Assembly (NCBI RefSeq): GCF_964194155.1
Contig: NC_135910.1
Span: forward strand, 18,538,001-18,602,000
DNA length: 64,000 nt
Direction of reading: 5' to 3'
From: Cetorhinus maximus
Lineage: Eukaryota
The translations under genes were made by a program, and so were the position numbers. Below are positions 53,149 through 64,000 of the stretch, piece after piece (positions within the stretch are counted from its first letter, which is position 1; the number at the start of each line of letters is the position of its first letter). Under the pieces are notes generated by a model, which was not told the DNA's origin, ran no database searches, and was given only the letters and a program-made list of their open reading frames with translations.

Positions 53149-53289
53149 CTCGCTACAGACCGGACTCCTCACCAGCACTGGTCAGACTGAAATAAAACAG
53201 GGACACTTGTGACACCTCCTCCTTGCAAACACCTGCTCTCCATCTTACCTTCATCAACTCCATCGCTCACTCCCGCACCTCCCATCACA

Positions 53290-54460
53290 TTCCCCTCTCA
53301 CACTCCCTCCATCCACCCTCACACTCCCTCCATCCTCCCTCCCACACTCCCTCCATCCTCCCTCCCACACTCCCTCCATCCTCCCTCCCACACTCCCTCC
53401 ATCCTCCCTCACACTTCCTCCATCCTCCCTCCCACACTCCCTCCATCCTCCCTCCCACACTCCCTCCATCCTCCCTCCCACACTCCATCCATCCTCCCTC
53501 CCACACTCCCTCCATCCTCCCTCCCACACTCCCTCCATCCTCCCTCCCACACTCCCTCCATCCTCCCTCCCACACTCCCTCCATCCACCCTCCCACACTC
53601 CCTCCATCCTCCCTCCCACACTCCCTCCATCCTCCCTCTCACACTCCCTCCATCCTCCCTCCCACACTCCCTCCATCCTCCCTCCCACACTCCATCCTCC
53701 CTCTCACACTCCCTCCATCCTCCCTCCCACACTCCATCCATCCTCCCTCCCACATTCCCTCCATCCTCCCTCCCACACTCCCTCCATCCTCCCTCCCACA
53801 CTCCCTCCATCCTCCCTCCCACACTCCCTCCATCCTCCCTCCCACACTCCATCCATCCTCCCTCCCACACTCCATCCATCCTCCCTCCCACACTCCCTCC
53901 ATCCTCCCTCTCACACTCCCTCCATCCTCCCTCCCACACTCCCTCCATCCTCCCTCCCACACTCCATCCATCCTCCCTCCCACACTCCCTCCATCCTCCC
54001 TCTCACACTCCCTCCATCCTCCCTCTCACACTCCCTCCATCCTCCCTCCCACACTCCCTCCATCCTCCCTCCCACACTCCATCCTCCCTCTCACACTCCC
54101 TCCATCCTCCCTCCCACACTCCATCCATCCTCCCTCCCACATTCCCTCCATCCTCCCTCCCACACTCCCTCCATCCTCCCTCCCACACTCCCTCCATCCT
54201 CCCTCCCACACTCCCTCCATCCTCCCTCCCACACTCCATCCATCCTCCCTCCCACACTCCATCCATCCTCCCTCCCACACTCCCTCCATCCTCCCTCTCA
54301 CACTCCCTCCATCCTCCCTCCCACACTCCCTCCATCCTCCCTCCCACACTCCATCCATCCTCCCTCCCACACTCCCTCCATCCTCCCTCTCACACTCCCT
54401 CCATCCTCCCTCTCACACTCCCTCCATCCTCCCTCCCACACTCCCTCCATCCTTCCTCCA
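53290..54460. repeat. 23-bp C/T-rich minisatellite
   Basis: CTCCCTCCCACACTCCCTCCATC; includes a higher-order duplicated block. Confidence 0.95.
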
Positions 54461-54472
54461 TTCCATTCTCAC

Positions 54473-54560
54473 CCTCCCTCTCTCTCTCACATTCTCTCCA
54501 TCCTTTTGTTGCCACGGAAACGAACCGGAAGCGCTTCCGGTAGAGACCCGGAAGTCGCCG
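54473..54560 (-). promoter_or_regulatory. Putative promoter and non-coding first exon of the ZBED-type gene: palindromic double ETS site ACCGGAAGCGCTTCCGGT, third CCGGAAGT, X-box-like GTTGCCACGGAAAC
   Basis: Only unique CpG-rich island between two repeat arrays; candidate gtgaga donors at 54490 and 54472. Confidence 0.6.
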
Positions 54561-54574
54561 AAAGACAGAGAAAA

Positions 54575-55800
54575 AACCCCCACCCCCAGAGAGAGAGAGA
54601 GAGAGAGAGACCCCCACCCCCAGGGACAGAGAGAGAGAGACCCCCACCCCCCAGGGACAGAGAGAGAGAGACCCCCACCCCCCAGGGACAGAGAGAGAGG
54701 GAGAGACCCCCACCCCCAGGGACAGAGAGAGAGACCCCACCCCCAGGGACAGAGAGAGAGACCCCACCCCCAGGGACAGAGAGAGAGACCCCACCCCCAG
54801 GGACAGAGAGAGAGACCCCACCCCCCAGGGACTGAGAGAGAGGGAGAGACCCCCACCCCCAGGGACAGAGAGAGAGAGAGACCCCACCCCCAGGGACAGA
54901 GAGAGAGAGAGATCCCCACCCCCAGGGACAGAGAGAGAGAGAGACCCCACCCCCAGAGAGAGAGACCCCACCCCCAGGGACAGAGAGAGAGAGAGACCCC
55001 ACCCCCAGAGAGAGAGACCCCACCCCCAGGGACAGAGAGAGAGAGAGAGACCCCACCCCCAGAGAGAGAGACCCCACCCCCAGAGAGAGAGACCCCCAGG
55101 GACAGAGAGAGAGAGACCCTCACCCACTGGGACAGAGAGAGAGAGAGAGACCCCACCCCCAGGGACAGAGAGAGAGACCCCACCCCCCAGGGACTGAGAG
55201 AGAGGGAGAGATCCCCACCCCCAGGGACAGAGAGAGAGAGAGACCCCACCCCCAGGGACAGAGAGAGAGAGAGAGACCCCCACCCCCAGGGACAGAGAGA
55301 GAGAGAGACCCCACCCCCAGGGACAGAGAGAGAGACCCCACCCCCAGAGAGAGAGACCCCCAGGGACTGAGAGAGAGGGAGAGACCCCCACCCCCAGGGA
55401 CAGAGAGAGAGAGAGACCCCACCCCCAGAGAGAGAGACCCCCAGGGATTGAGAGAGAGGGAGAGACCCCCACCCCCAGGGACAGAGAGAGAGAGAGACCC
55501 CACCCCCAGGGACAGAGAGAGAGAGAGATCCCCACCCCCAGGGACAGAGAGAGAGAGAGACCCCACCCCCAGAGAGAGAGACCCCACCCCCAGGGACAGA
55601 GAGAGAGAGAGACCCCACCCCCAGAGAGAGAGACCCCCAGGGACAGAGAGAGAGAGACCCTCACCCACTGGGACAGAGAGAGAGAGAGAGATCCCACCCC
55701 CTGGGACAGAGAGAGAGAGAGACCCCCAGCCCCAGGGACAGAAAGAGAGAGAGAGAGAGACCCCCACCCCCAGGGACAGAAAGAGAGAGAACCCCGCCCC
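54575..55800. repeat. (GA)n-CCCCACCCCCAGGGACA compound minisatellite
   Basis: Seen directly. Confidence 0.95.
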
Positions 55801-55804
55801 CAGG

Positions 55805-56870
55805 TTTATGAAAGTTGGGTTTATTTATTAGTTTATTAAAGTTGGATTTATTTATTAGAGTTGGGTTTATTTATTAAGGTTTATTGGAGTTGGGTTTATT
55901 TATTGTTTATTAGAGTTGGGTTTATTTATTAGAGTTGGGTTTATTTATTAAGGTTTATTAGAGTTGGGTTTACTTATTAAGGTTTATTGGAGTTGGGTTT
56001 ACTTATTAATGTTTATTAGAGTTGGGTTTATTTATTAGACTTGGGTTTATTTATTAAGGTTTATTAGAATTGGGTTTATTTATTAGAGTTGGGTTTATTT
56101 ATTAAGGTTTATTAGAGTTAGGTTATTTATTAGAGTTGGGTTTATTTATTGTTTATTAGAGTTGGGTTTATTTATTGTTTAATAGAGTTGGATTTATTTA
56201 TTAGAGTTGGGTTTATTTATTAAGGTTTATTGGAGTTGGGTTTATTTATTAGAGTTGGGTTTATTTATTAAGGTTTATTAGAGTTGGGTTATTTATTAGA
56301 GTTGGGTTTATTTATTAAGGTTTATTAGAGTTGGGTTTATTTATTAAGGTTCATTAGAGTTGGGTTTATTTATTGGACTTGGGTTTATTTATTAAGGTTT
56401 ATTAGAGTTGGGTTTATTTATTAAGGTTCATTAGAGTTGGGTTTATTTATTGGAGTTGGGTTTATTTATTAGAGTTGGGTTTATTTATTAAGGTTCATTA
56501 GAGTTGGTTTTATTTATTGGAGTTGGGTTTATTTATTAAGGTTTATTAGAGTTGGTTTTATTTATTGGAGTTGGGTTTATTTATTAAGGTTTATTAGAAT
56601 TGGGTTTATTTATTAAGGTTTATTGGAGTTGGGTTTATTTATTAAGGTTTACTAAGGCTCGGTTTATTTATTGGAGTTCGGTTTATTTATTAAGGTTTAT
56701 TAGAGTTGGATTTATTGATTAAGGTTTATTAAAGTTGGATTTATTGATTAAGGTTTATTAGAGTTGGGTTTATTTATTAAGGTTGGGTTTATTTATTAGA
56801 GTTGGATTTATTGATTAAGGTTTATTAGAGTTGGATTTATTGATTAAGGTTTATTAAAGTTGGAATTATT
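55805..56870. repeat. AT-rich minisatellite GAGTTGGGTTTATTTATTA(AGGTTTATTA)
   Basis: Seen directly. Confidence 0.95.
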
Positions 56871-57725
56871 GGGGTCGGGTTGATTTATTGGGGTCGGGTT
56901 GATTTATTGGGGTTTATTGGGGTCGGGTTTATTTATTGGGGTCGGGTTGATTTATTGGGGTTTATTGGGGTCGGGTTGATTTATTGGGGTTTATTGGGGT
57001 CGGGGTGATTTATTGGGGTCGGGTTGATTTATTGGGGTTTATTGGGGTCGGGGTGATTTATTGGGGTCGGGTTGATTTATTGGGGTTTATTGGGGTCGGG
57101 TTTATTTATTGGGGTCGGGTTGATTTATTGGGGTTTATTGGGGTCGGGTTGATGTATTAGGGTTTATTGGGGTTGATTTATTGGGGTCGGGTTGATTTAT
57201 TGGGGTTTATTGGGGTCGGGTTGATGTATTAGGGTTTATTGGGGTTGATTTATTGGGGTCGGGTTGATTTATTGGGGTTTATTGGGGTCGGGGTGATTTA
57301 TTGGGGTTTATTGGGGTCGGGTTGATGTATTAGGGTTTATTGGGGATGATTTATTGGGGTCGGGTTGATGTATTGGGGTTTATTGGGGTCGGGTTGATGT
57401 ATTAGGGTTTATTGGGGTTGATTTATTGGGGTCGGGTTGATTTATTGGGGTTTATTGGGGTCGGGTTGATTTATTGGGGTTTATTGGGGTCGGGTTGATG
57501 TATTAGGGTTTATTGGGGTTGATTTATTGGGGTCGGGTTTATTTATTGGGGTTTATTGGGGTCGGGTTGATGTATTAGGGTTTATTGGGGTTTATTGGGG
57601 TCGGGTTGATGTATTAGGGTTTATTGGGGTTGATTTATTGGGGTCGGGTTGATTTATTGGGGTTTATTGGGGTCGGGTTGATGTATTAGGGTTTATTGGG
57701 GTTGATTTATTGGGGTCGGGTTGAT
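56870..57725. repeat. GGGGTCGGGTTGATTTATT(GGGGTTTATT) minisatellite
   Basis: Seen directly. Confidence 0.95.
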
Positions 57726-57856
57726 TTCTCTCTCGCTGACTCCCAGCTCCCGGGATCATTTCGAGTTCTCGCTCCGCCCCGGCCGCCGTCCGCCGCTCCC
57801 ATGGCAACGCGGCCTAGATCCGCTCCCCAAGCCTGAATCGAGTGCCGGCTCCGCGG
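57725..57856 (+). promoter_or_regulatory. MRPS12: Putative MRPS12 promoter and non-coding exon 1
   Basis: CpG-rich, GC box, X-box-like GCTCCCATGGCAAC, strong donor CGG|gtgagt at 57856/57857. Confidence 0.6.
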
Positions 57857-58024
57857 GTGAGTTTCTGCCGAATTTCGGCCCCGGCGGGGCTGCGATCACC
57901 CACAGGGAGGAGGGTAGGCCCCGAGCCACGGGCTCCATTATTCGGTCCATATCCTCCCTCCCCACGGTTTCCGGACCCCAGGCTCCTTCCTCGCCCTGTG
58001 CTGCTCCCACCTGGGGCCGGGAAT

Positions 58025-58460
58025 TGGCCTCAGTACCTCTGGGGTCGGGTTGGAGTGGTCAGATGGCCTCAGTACCTCTGGGGTCGGATTGGAGTGGTCA
58101 GTTGGCCTCAGTACATTTGGGGTCGGGTTAGAGTGGTTAGTTGGCCTCAGTACCCCTGGGGTCGGGTTAGAGTGGTCAGTTGGCCTCAGTACCCCTGGGG
58201 TCGGGTTAGAGTGGTCAGTTGGCCTCAGTACATCTGGGGTCGAGTTGGAGTGGTCAGTTGTCCTCAGTACCCCTGGGGTCGGGTTAGAGTGGTTAGTTGG
58301 CCTCAGTACCCCTGGGGTCGGGTTGGAGTGGTCAGTTGGCCTCAGTACCCCTGGGGTCGGGTTAGAGTGGTCAGTTGGCCTCAGTACATCTGGGGTCGAG
58401 TTGGAGTGGTCAGTTGTCCTCAGTACCCCTGGGATCGGGTTGGAGTGGTCAGTTGGCCAA
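58025..58460. repeat. 39-bp minisatellite, about 11 copies, in MRPS12 intron 1
   Basis: GGCCTCAGTACCCCTGGGGTCGGGTTAGAGTGGTCAGTT. Confidence 0.93.
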
Positions 58461-58857
58461 TCGTTTACCAATGACTCTTGCTAGACAGAATTGGGCATGA
58501 TGCACCACCCAGTCAAATATCATGCTCACCCTCATTGCCCTGCTTGTTCATTGGCGACTGTGATCAAGGTGCCTGCATGGGGGGTGCTGAATACCTGTTG
58601 GTTGGGGGTGGAGCGGCTGGGTGGGGGTAAACACTGGCTGTCAACTGTGGTCCCTGCACCCAAAATCTCAGGGAGGAAGTTGATCTTAGATTTCCAGTAA
58701 ACAAACCCCTCTGTTCCCTGCAAAAGGGGAACCATAAATACCCTGGACTTGGCATCCGAGTGAAACTGATTTCCCGAGTTCCTCTCATTCACTTCAGATG
58801 AAAGGTTTCCCAAATACAAGTTCATCTGGAATATCAGTTAAAATTGTCACCAGGCTC

Positions 58858-59250
58858 AATATTCACTCCCTCCACCACCGACGCACAGTAGTAGCAGTGT
58901 GTGTACCATCTACAAGATGCACTGCAGGAATTCACCAAGGCTCCTTAGACAGCACCTTCCAAATCTCTGAGCTCTACCATCTAGAAGGACAAGGGCAGCA
59001 GATAGATGGGAACACCACCACCTGGAAGTTCCCCTCCAAACCACTCACCATCCTGACTTGGAAATATATCACCGCTCCTTCACTGTCGCTGGGTCAAAAT
59101 CCTTGAACTCCCTTCCTAACAGCACTGTGGGTGTACCTACACCTCATGGACTGCAGCGGTTCAAAAAGCAGCTCACCACCACCTTCTCAAGGGCAATTAG
59201 GGATGGGCAATAAATGCTGACCCAGCCAGCGATGCTCATATCTAATGAAT
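58858..59250 (+). mobile_element. LINE 3' fragment, same family as 42112-42865
   Basis: Colinear with 42466-42855. Confidence 0.85.
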
Positions 59251-59601
59251 AGTTTAAGTTATTATTGAATCTACTTCCACTGCCCTTTCAAGCAGCACAT
59301 TCCAGATCACAAGTACTTACTGCATAAAAGATATTCACCTCATCTCCCCCTCTGGTTCTTTTGCTTTTGTACCTTAATCGGTGTCCTTCTGGTTACTTAC
59401 CCTCTTACCAAAGTAAAGTGTCTCCTTATTTATTCTTGAACGCTTCTATCAAATCTCCCCTTAATATTCTCTGCTCTAAGGAGAACAGTCCCAGTTTCTC
59501 CAATCTCTCCACATAACTGAAGTGCCTCACCACGCTTATTTGTTTTCATTGTGTAGGACTGAAAGCTGCTTAGCTCCCTTGGTGTGGACACACCTGAAGA
59601 G

Positions 59602-59650
59602 ATGTTCTCCACAGGTGTGATGAGGACCTGGATATCATCGGTGACTTTGG
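59602..59650 (+). CDS. MRPS12: MRPS12 first coding exon (MFSTGVMRTWISSVTL, presumed presequence start)
   Basis: gtgtag acceptor at 59556, G|gtgaga donor; 49 coding nt, phase 1 matches the next exon. Confidence 0.7.
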
Positions 59651-61194
59651 GTGAGAGTTTTATTCATGTCAGAATTTGTTTTCTTTCGATTGGCTTTGAA
59701 TTCTAGAGGACAGTGCCCCTCCCCTGGCCCCTGATCGTTTTTTAGCAAGTGGGTGTCAGGAAGGAATAGGATCAAACTCAGGCATTGTGCCTTTTGGACA
59801 AATAGCTTGTTGAATAGAGAGCTGGTGCCTGTGGAACGCAGGAATCAGGAGAAATGTAATTCGCAGGGAGGATAATATTGTTCTTATGAAAAGTTTGTGA
59901 TGTGTAGATTGTTTTAGGAATGAGACATTTGGCAGAAGAAGCAATGATGACATGAGGAAAATCATTTTCACACAGCGTGTTGTTAGGATCTGGAATGCGC
60001 TGCCCGAGGTTGTGGTGGAGAAAGGGAACTGGATCATTATCCAAAAAGGAAAGGTGTGCAGGGCTAAGGGGGAAAGGCATTGGTTGAATTCAGAGGGTGG
60101 CTCGTTTTTTGGCTGGTGCAGACACGATGGGCCAAGTGGCTTCTTCCTGTGCTGTAAACCATGATTCTATGACATGATGGGCGAGTGGCCTCCATTGCTG
60201 TAACCATTCGAGAATTTAGCACTGGTTGGTTAATTTTACTGTGTTTCCTCCATTTTTCAGCAAATATGCTGACTTGCTGCCTCTACCCCCTTTCTGCACC
60301 CCTGGGGGGGCAAAAGATCCCTGGACACTCTCACCCAGTCCTCCTGGCAGGCTCATGCCCCAGACATTAGACCAGCCTGTCTGTCCAGTGCTAGATCAGC
60401 CAGACCAGCTCAAACTGTTGTGCCTCTCCACCAATTAATCTCCCATTTATTGCAGAACCATCCTGCAGGACAAGGACAACCCCAATCTCTGCTACGACCA
60501 AAACCCCTCCCCTGACCCTCCTCACCTCTGTAGATATAAAAGCTCCACCAAGAGCCTCAAAACCCACTGCCAACCAGCGTTCTGCACCTCCCAGCCCTAA
60601 CTCTCCATCACATTCTCGATTCATCTCCAGATCCTGACTGCATAATCTTTACCTCATTAGCTTTCTGTTCCACACTCGCGTTGATAAACCTGGCCTGTTC
60701 CCCAGGGACCGCGAAAGCTACTTTGTTAGTTGTAAAGCACTTTTCTATGTCCTGAGGTGGTGAAAGGAGCAAAGTTCTCCAAGATCGTCGTCATCCAACG
60801 CCATTTATAGAGTTCCAACCTGTTGAAGAATGGAGGAGAGAGCCTGGGACGAGAGAGGAATCGCAGTAGTTATGGTGATGGAGGAGACATGGTGATCCAT
60901 TCCTGATCAATGGAGATCATGATCATAAATAGATCAATTCCTAATCTAATTCCTTTCTCCTGTCAGCATGAATTCCACTGATCAATGTGACAAATAGAAT
61001 AAGATCATAACTTGAGAACACTGGCTAATTAGGATAGTGAAAAGCTATTAAAAAGTGAAACTATTTCTTTCTTGTTTCCTCTTTAGTGCCCCCCTGCTGT
61101 GGTCGAGGTGCAGTATGGGCAGGAGGCGGTTAGTGTGGAGTGTAAACTTTGGCAGGGAACTGTTGGGAAAATGGCCTGTTTCTGTATTTTTTTT

Positions 61195-61550
61195 ATATTC
61201 ATTCATGAGATTTCAATGTTGCTGGCTAGGCCAGCATTTGTTGCCCATCCCTAATTGCCCGTGAGAAGGTGGTGGTGAGCTGCCTTCTTGAACCGCTGCA
61301 GTCCATGTGGTGTAGGTGCTGTTAGGGAGGGAGTTGTAGGATTTTGACCCAGAGACGGTGAAGGAACGGCGATATATTTCCAAGTCAGGATGGTGTGTGG
61401 CTTGGAGAAGAACTTCCAGGTGGTGGTGTTCCCATGTGTCTTTGTCCTTCTAGATGGTAGTGGTTGTGGGTTTGGGAAAGTGCTGTCGAAGGAGGCTTGG
61501 TGAATTCCTGCAGTTTATCTTGTAGATGGTGCACACACTGCTGCTACTGT
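61195..61550 (-). mobile_element. LINE 3' fragment, same family as 42112-42865
   Basis: Reverse complement of the same 3' region and tail. Confidence 0.8.
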
Positions 61551-61611
61551 TTCTCTGCTGTAGTTACAATATTATTTGTTCTCATTAAAGAAATTGTTAA
61601 TGTTCCTTTAG

Positions 61612-62048
61612 GAGCCACGAGACTGATCAGCTCCTCGCCAGCTTCCCATCTCCAGCGAGCTTTCCCGTCCGGGGTCACGCTGCCTCCCTCCGTTTGCCAG
61701 CAGAGCAGCCGCACCATGGCCACCCTCCACCAGATGCACAAGATGGGCAAGCCTAAGCGGCCGCCCCCCAGGGTGGGCCCCACCTTCAGCCGGCCCCAGC
61801 TGAAAGGGGTGGTGCTGAAGACCATGATCCGCAAACCCAAGAAGCCCAACTCAGCCAACCGCAAGTGTGCCCGCGTCCGGCTGAGCAACGGCAAGGAGGT
61901 GATCGTCTTCATCCCCGGAGAGGGCCACAATCTCCAGGAGCACAACATCGTGCTGGTGGAGGGGGGCCGCACGCAAGACCTCCCGGGCGTCAAGCTAAAA
62001 GTCGTGCGCGGGAAGTACGACTGTGCTCACGTTCAAAAGAAAAAGTAA
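61612..62048 (+). CDS. MRPS12: Mitochondrial ribosomal protein uS12m, main exon
   Basis: [41 protein letters not shown] motifs; ctttag acceptor; ATTAAA signals near 62082 and 62094. Confidence 0.97.
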
Positions 62049-62334
62049 AAGGCCGCGTGTTATTAAACTCGTGCCCGGGACTGAGCCTCAATAATTAAAG
62101 CTGTTTGCATCCACGCCTGGCAGCATTGCTTTCGTTCACAGTTTCTCCCACTCCGCTCACCCAGATACCGAAAGACAGTCTGTCTGTGGGCTGATGGGGA
62201 CTCTCAGGTGTGGATCACCAGCCTGTTAATAACATGGTACACACACTGTAATAGTGCACACCAGTAGGAGTTTATCACTTTCTCTCTGTTCATTCGACTG
62301 TGAAACACCCAAAACTACAGGTCTACCCCTCTTT

Positions 62335-64000
62335 AACACTGGTACAGTACTAATGGGTACAGGTCTATCACTATAACACTGGGGTACAGTACTGTTGGGT
62401 ACAGGTCTATCACTATAACACTGGGGTACAGTACTGTTGGGTACAGGTCTATCACTATAACACTGGGGTACAGTACTGTTGGGTACAGGTCTGTCACTGT
62501 ATATACTGGGGTACAGTACTGTTGGGTACAGGTCTGTCACTATAACACTGGGGTACAGTACTGTTGGGTACAGGTCTGTCACTGTATAACACTGGGGTAC
62601 AGTACTGTTGGGTACAGGTCTGTCACTGTATAACACTGGGGTACAGTACTGTTGGGTACTGGTCTGTCACTATAACACTGGGGTACAGTACTGTTGGGTA
62701 CTGGTCTGTCACTATAACACTGGGGTACAGTACTGTTGGGTACAGGTCTGTCACTGTATAACACTGGGGTACAGTACTGTTGGGTACTGGTCTGTCACTA
62801 TAACACTGGGGTACAGTACTAATGGGTACAGGTCTATCACTATAACACTGGGGTACAGTACTGTTGGGTACAGGTCTATCACTATAACACTGGGGTACAG
62901 TACTGTTGGGTACTGGTCTGTCACTATAACACGGGTACAGTACTAATGGGTACAGGTCTGTCACTGTATATACTGGGGTACAGTACTGTTGGGTACAGGT
63001 CTGTCACTGTATAACACGGGTACAGTACTGTTGGGTACAGGTCTGTCACTGTATAACACTGGGGTACAGTACTGTTGGGTACAGGTCTGTCACTGTATAA
63101 CACTGGGGTACAGTACTGTTGGGTACAGGTCTGTCACTGTATATACTGGGGTACAGTACTGTTGGGTACAGGTCTGTCACTGTATAACACTGGGGTACAG
63201 TACTGTTGGGTACAGGTCTGTCACTGTATAACACTGGGGTACAGTACTGTTGGGTACAGGTCTGTCACTGTATATACTGGGGTACAGTACTGTTGGGGAC
63301 AGGTCTGTCACTGTATAACACTGGGGTACAGTACTGTTGGGTACAGGTCTGTCACTGTATAACACGGGTACAGTACTGTTGGGTACAGGTCTGTCACTGT
63401 ATAACACTGGGGTACAGTACTGTTGGGTACAGGTCTGTCACTGTAACACTGGGATACAGTACTGTTGGGTACAGGTCTGTCACTGTATAACACTGGGGTA
63501 CAGTACTGTTGGGTACAGGTCTGTCACTGTATATACTGGGGTACAGTACTAATGGGTACAGGTCTGTCACTGTATATACTGGGGTACAGTACTAATGGGG
63601 ACAGGTCTGTCACTGTATAACACTGGGGTACAGTACTGTTGGGTACAGGTCTGTCACTGTATAACACTGGGGTACAGTACTGTTGGGTACAGGTCTGTCA
63701 CTGTATAACACTGGGGTACAGTACTGTTGGGTACAGGTCTGTCACTGTATATACTGGGGTACAGTACTAATGGGTACAGGTCTGTCACTGTATATACTGG
63801 GGTACAGTACTAATGGGGACAGGTCTGTCACTGTATAACACTGGGGTACAGTACTGTTGGGTACAGGTCTGTCACTATAACACTGGGGTACAGTACTGTT
63901 GGGTACAGGTCAGTCACTGTATAACACTGGGGTACAGTACTGTTGGGTACAGGTCAGTCACTGTATAACACTGGGGTACAGTACTGTTGGGTACAGGTCA
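62335..64000. repeat. 42/44-bp minisatellite running off the window end
   Basis: TATAACACTGGGGTACAGTACTGTTGGGTACAGGTCTGTCACTG. Confidence 0.97.

Noticed and set aside
53209-55831. Long ORFs of 400-715 aa (HPPSHT, PRDRER, GVSLSL repeats)
   Set aside because: Translations of stop-free minisatellites in several frames on both strands
61464-62048. Bacterial or organellar rpsL insertion
   Set aside because: Spliced nuclear MRPS12 with an N-terminal extension; the first 49 ORF codons are intronic, mostly LINE-derived
62226-64000. Repetitive ORFs and possible array
   Set aside because: Plain 42/44-bp minisatellite

Overview
Vertebrate nuclear DNA, most likely from a cartilaginous fish (shark-type CR1 LINEs, SINEs, Penelope elements and Harbinger MITEs). 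Four spliced protein-coding genes can be rebuilt with phase-consistent GT-AG junctions. (1) The 3' 13 coding exons of a ZNF541-like ELM2-SANT/C2H2 gene (+, <1..29226). (2) A complete 4-exon ERH gene (-, 39004..34419; 104 aa), convergent with it. (3) A 3-coding-exon, 801-aa hAT-transposase-derived ZBED-type gene with two BED fingers and degenerate catalytic motifs (-, 53148..48755). (4) MRPS12 (+, 59602..62048), divergent from the ZBED gene across 3.2 kb of stacked tandem repeats. Introns and spacers are full of nested retroelements and minisatellites. The most interesting items are the intron-containing domesticated transposase, an ERH copy in a human-19q13-like neighbourhood (possible retained ohnolog), and short fold-back Penelope-derived elements with minimal hammerhead ribozyme motifs inside ZNF541 introns, one with a 13-bp target-site duplication. 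Orthology and family names rest on recalled sequences, not database searches.
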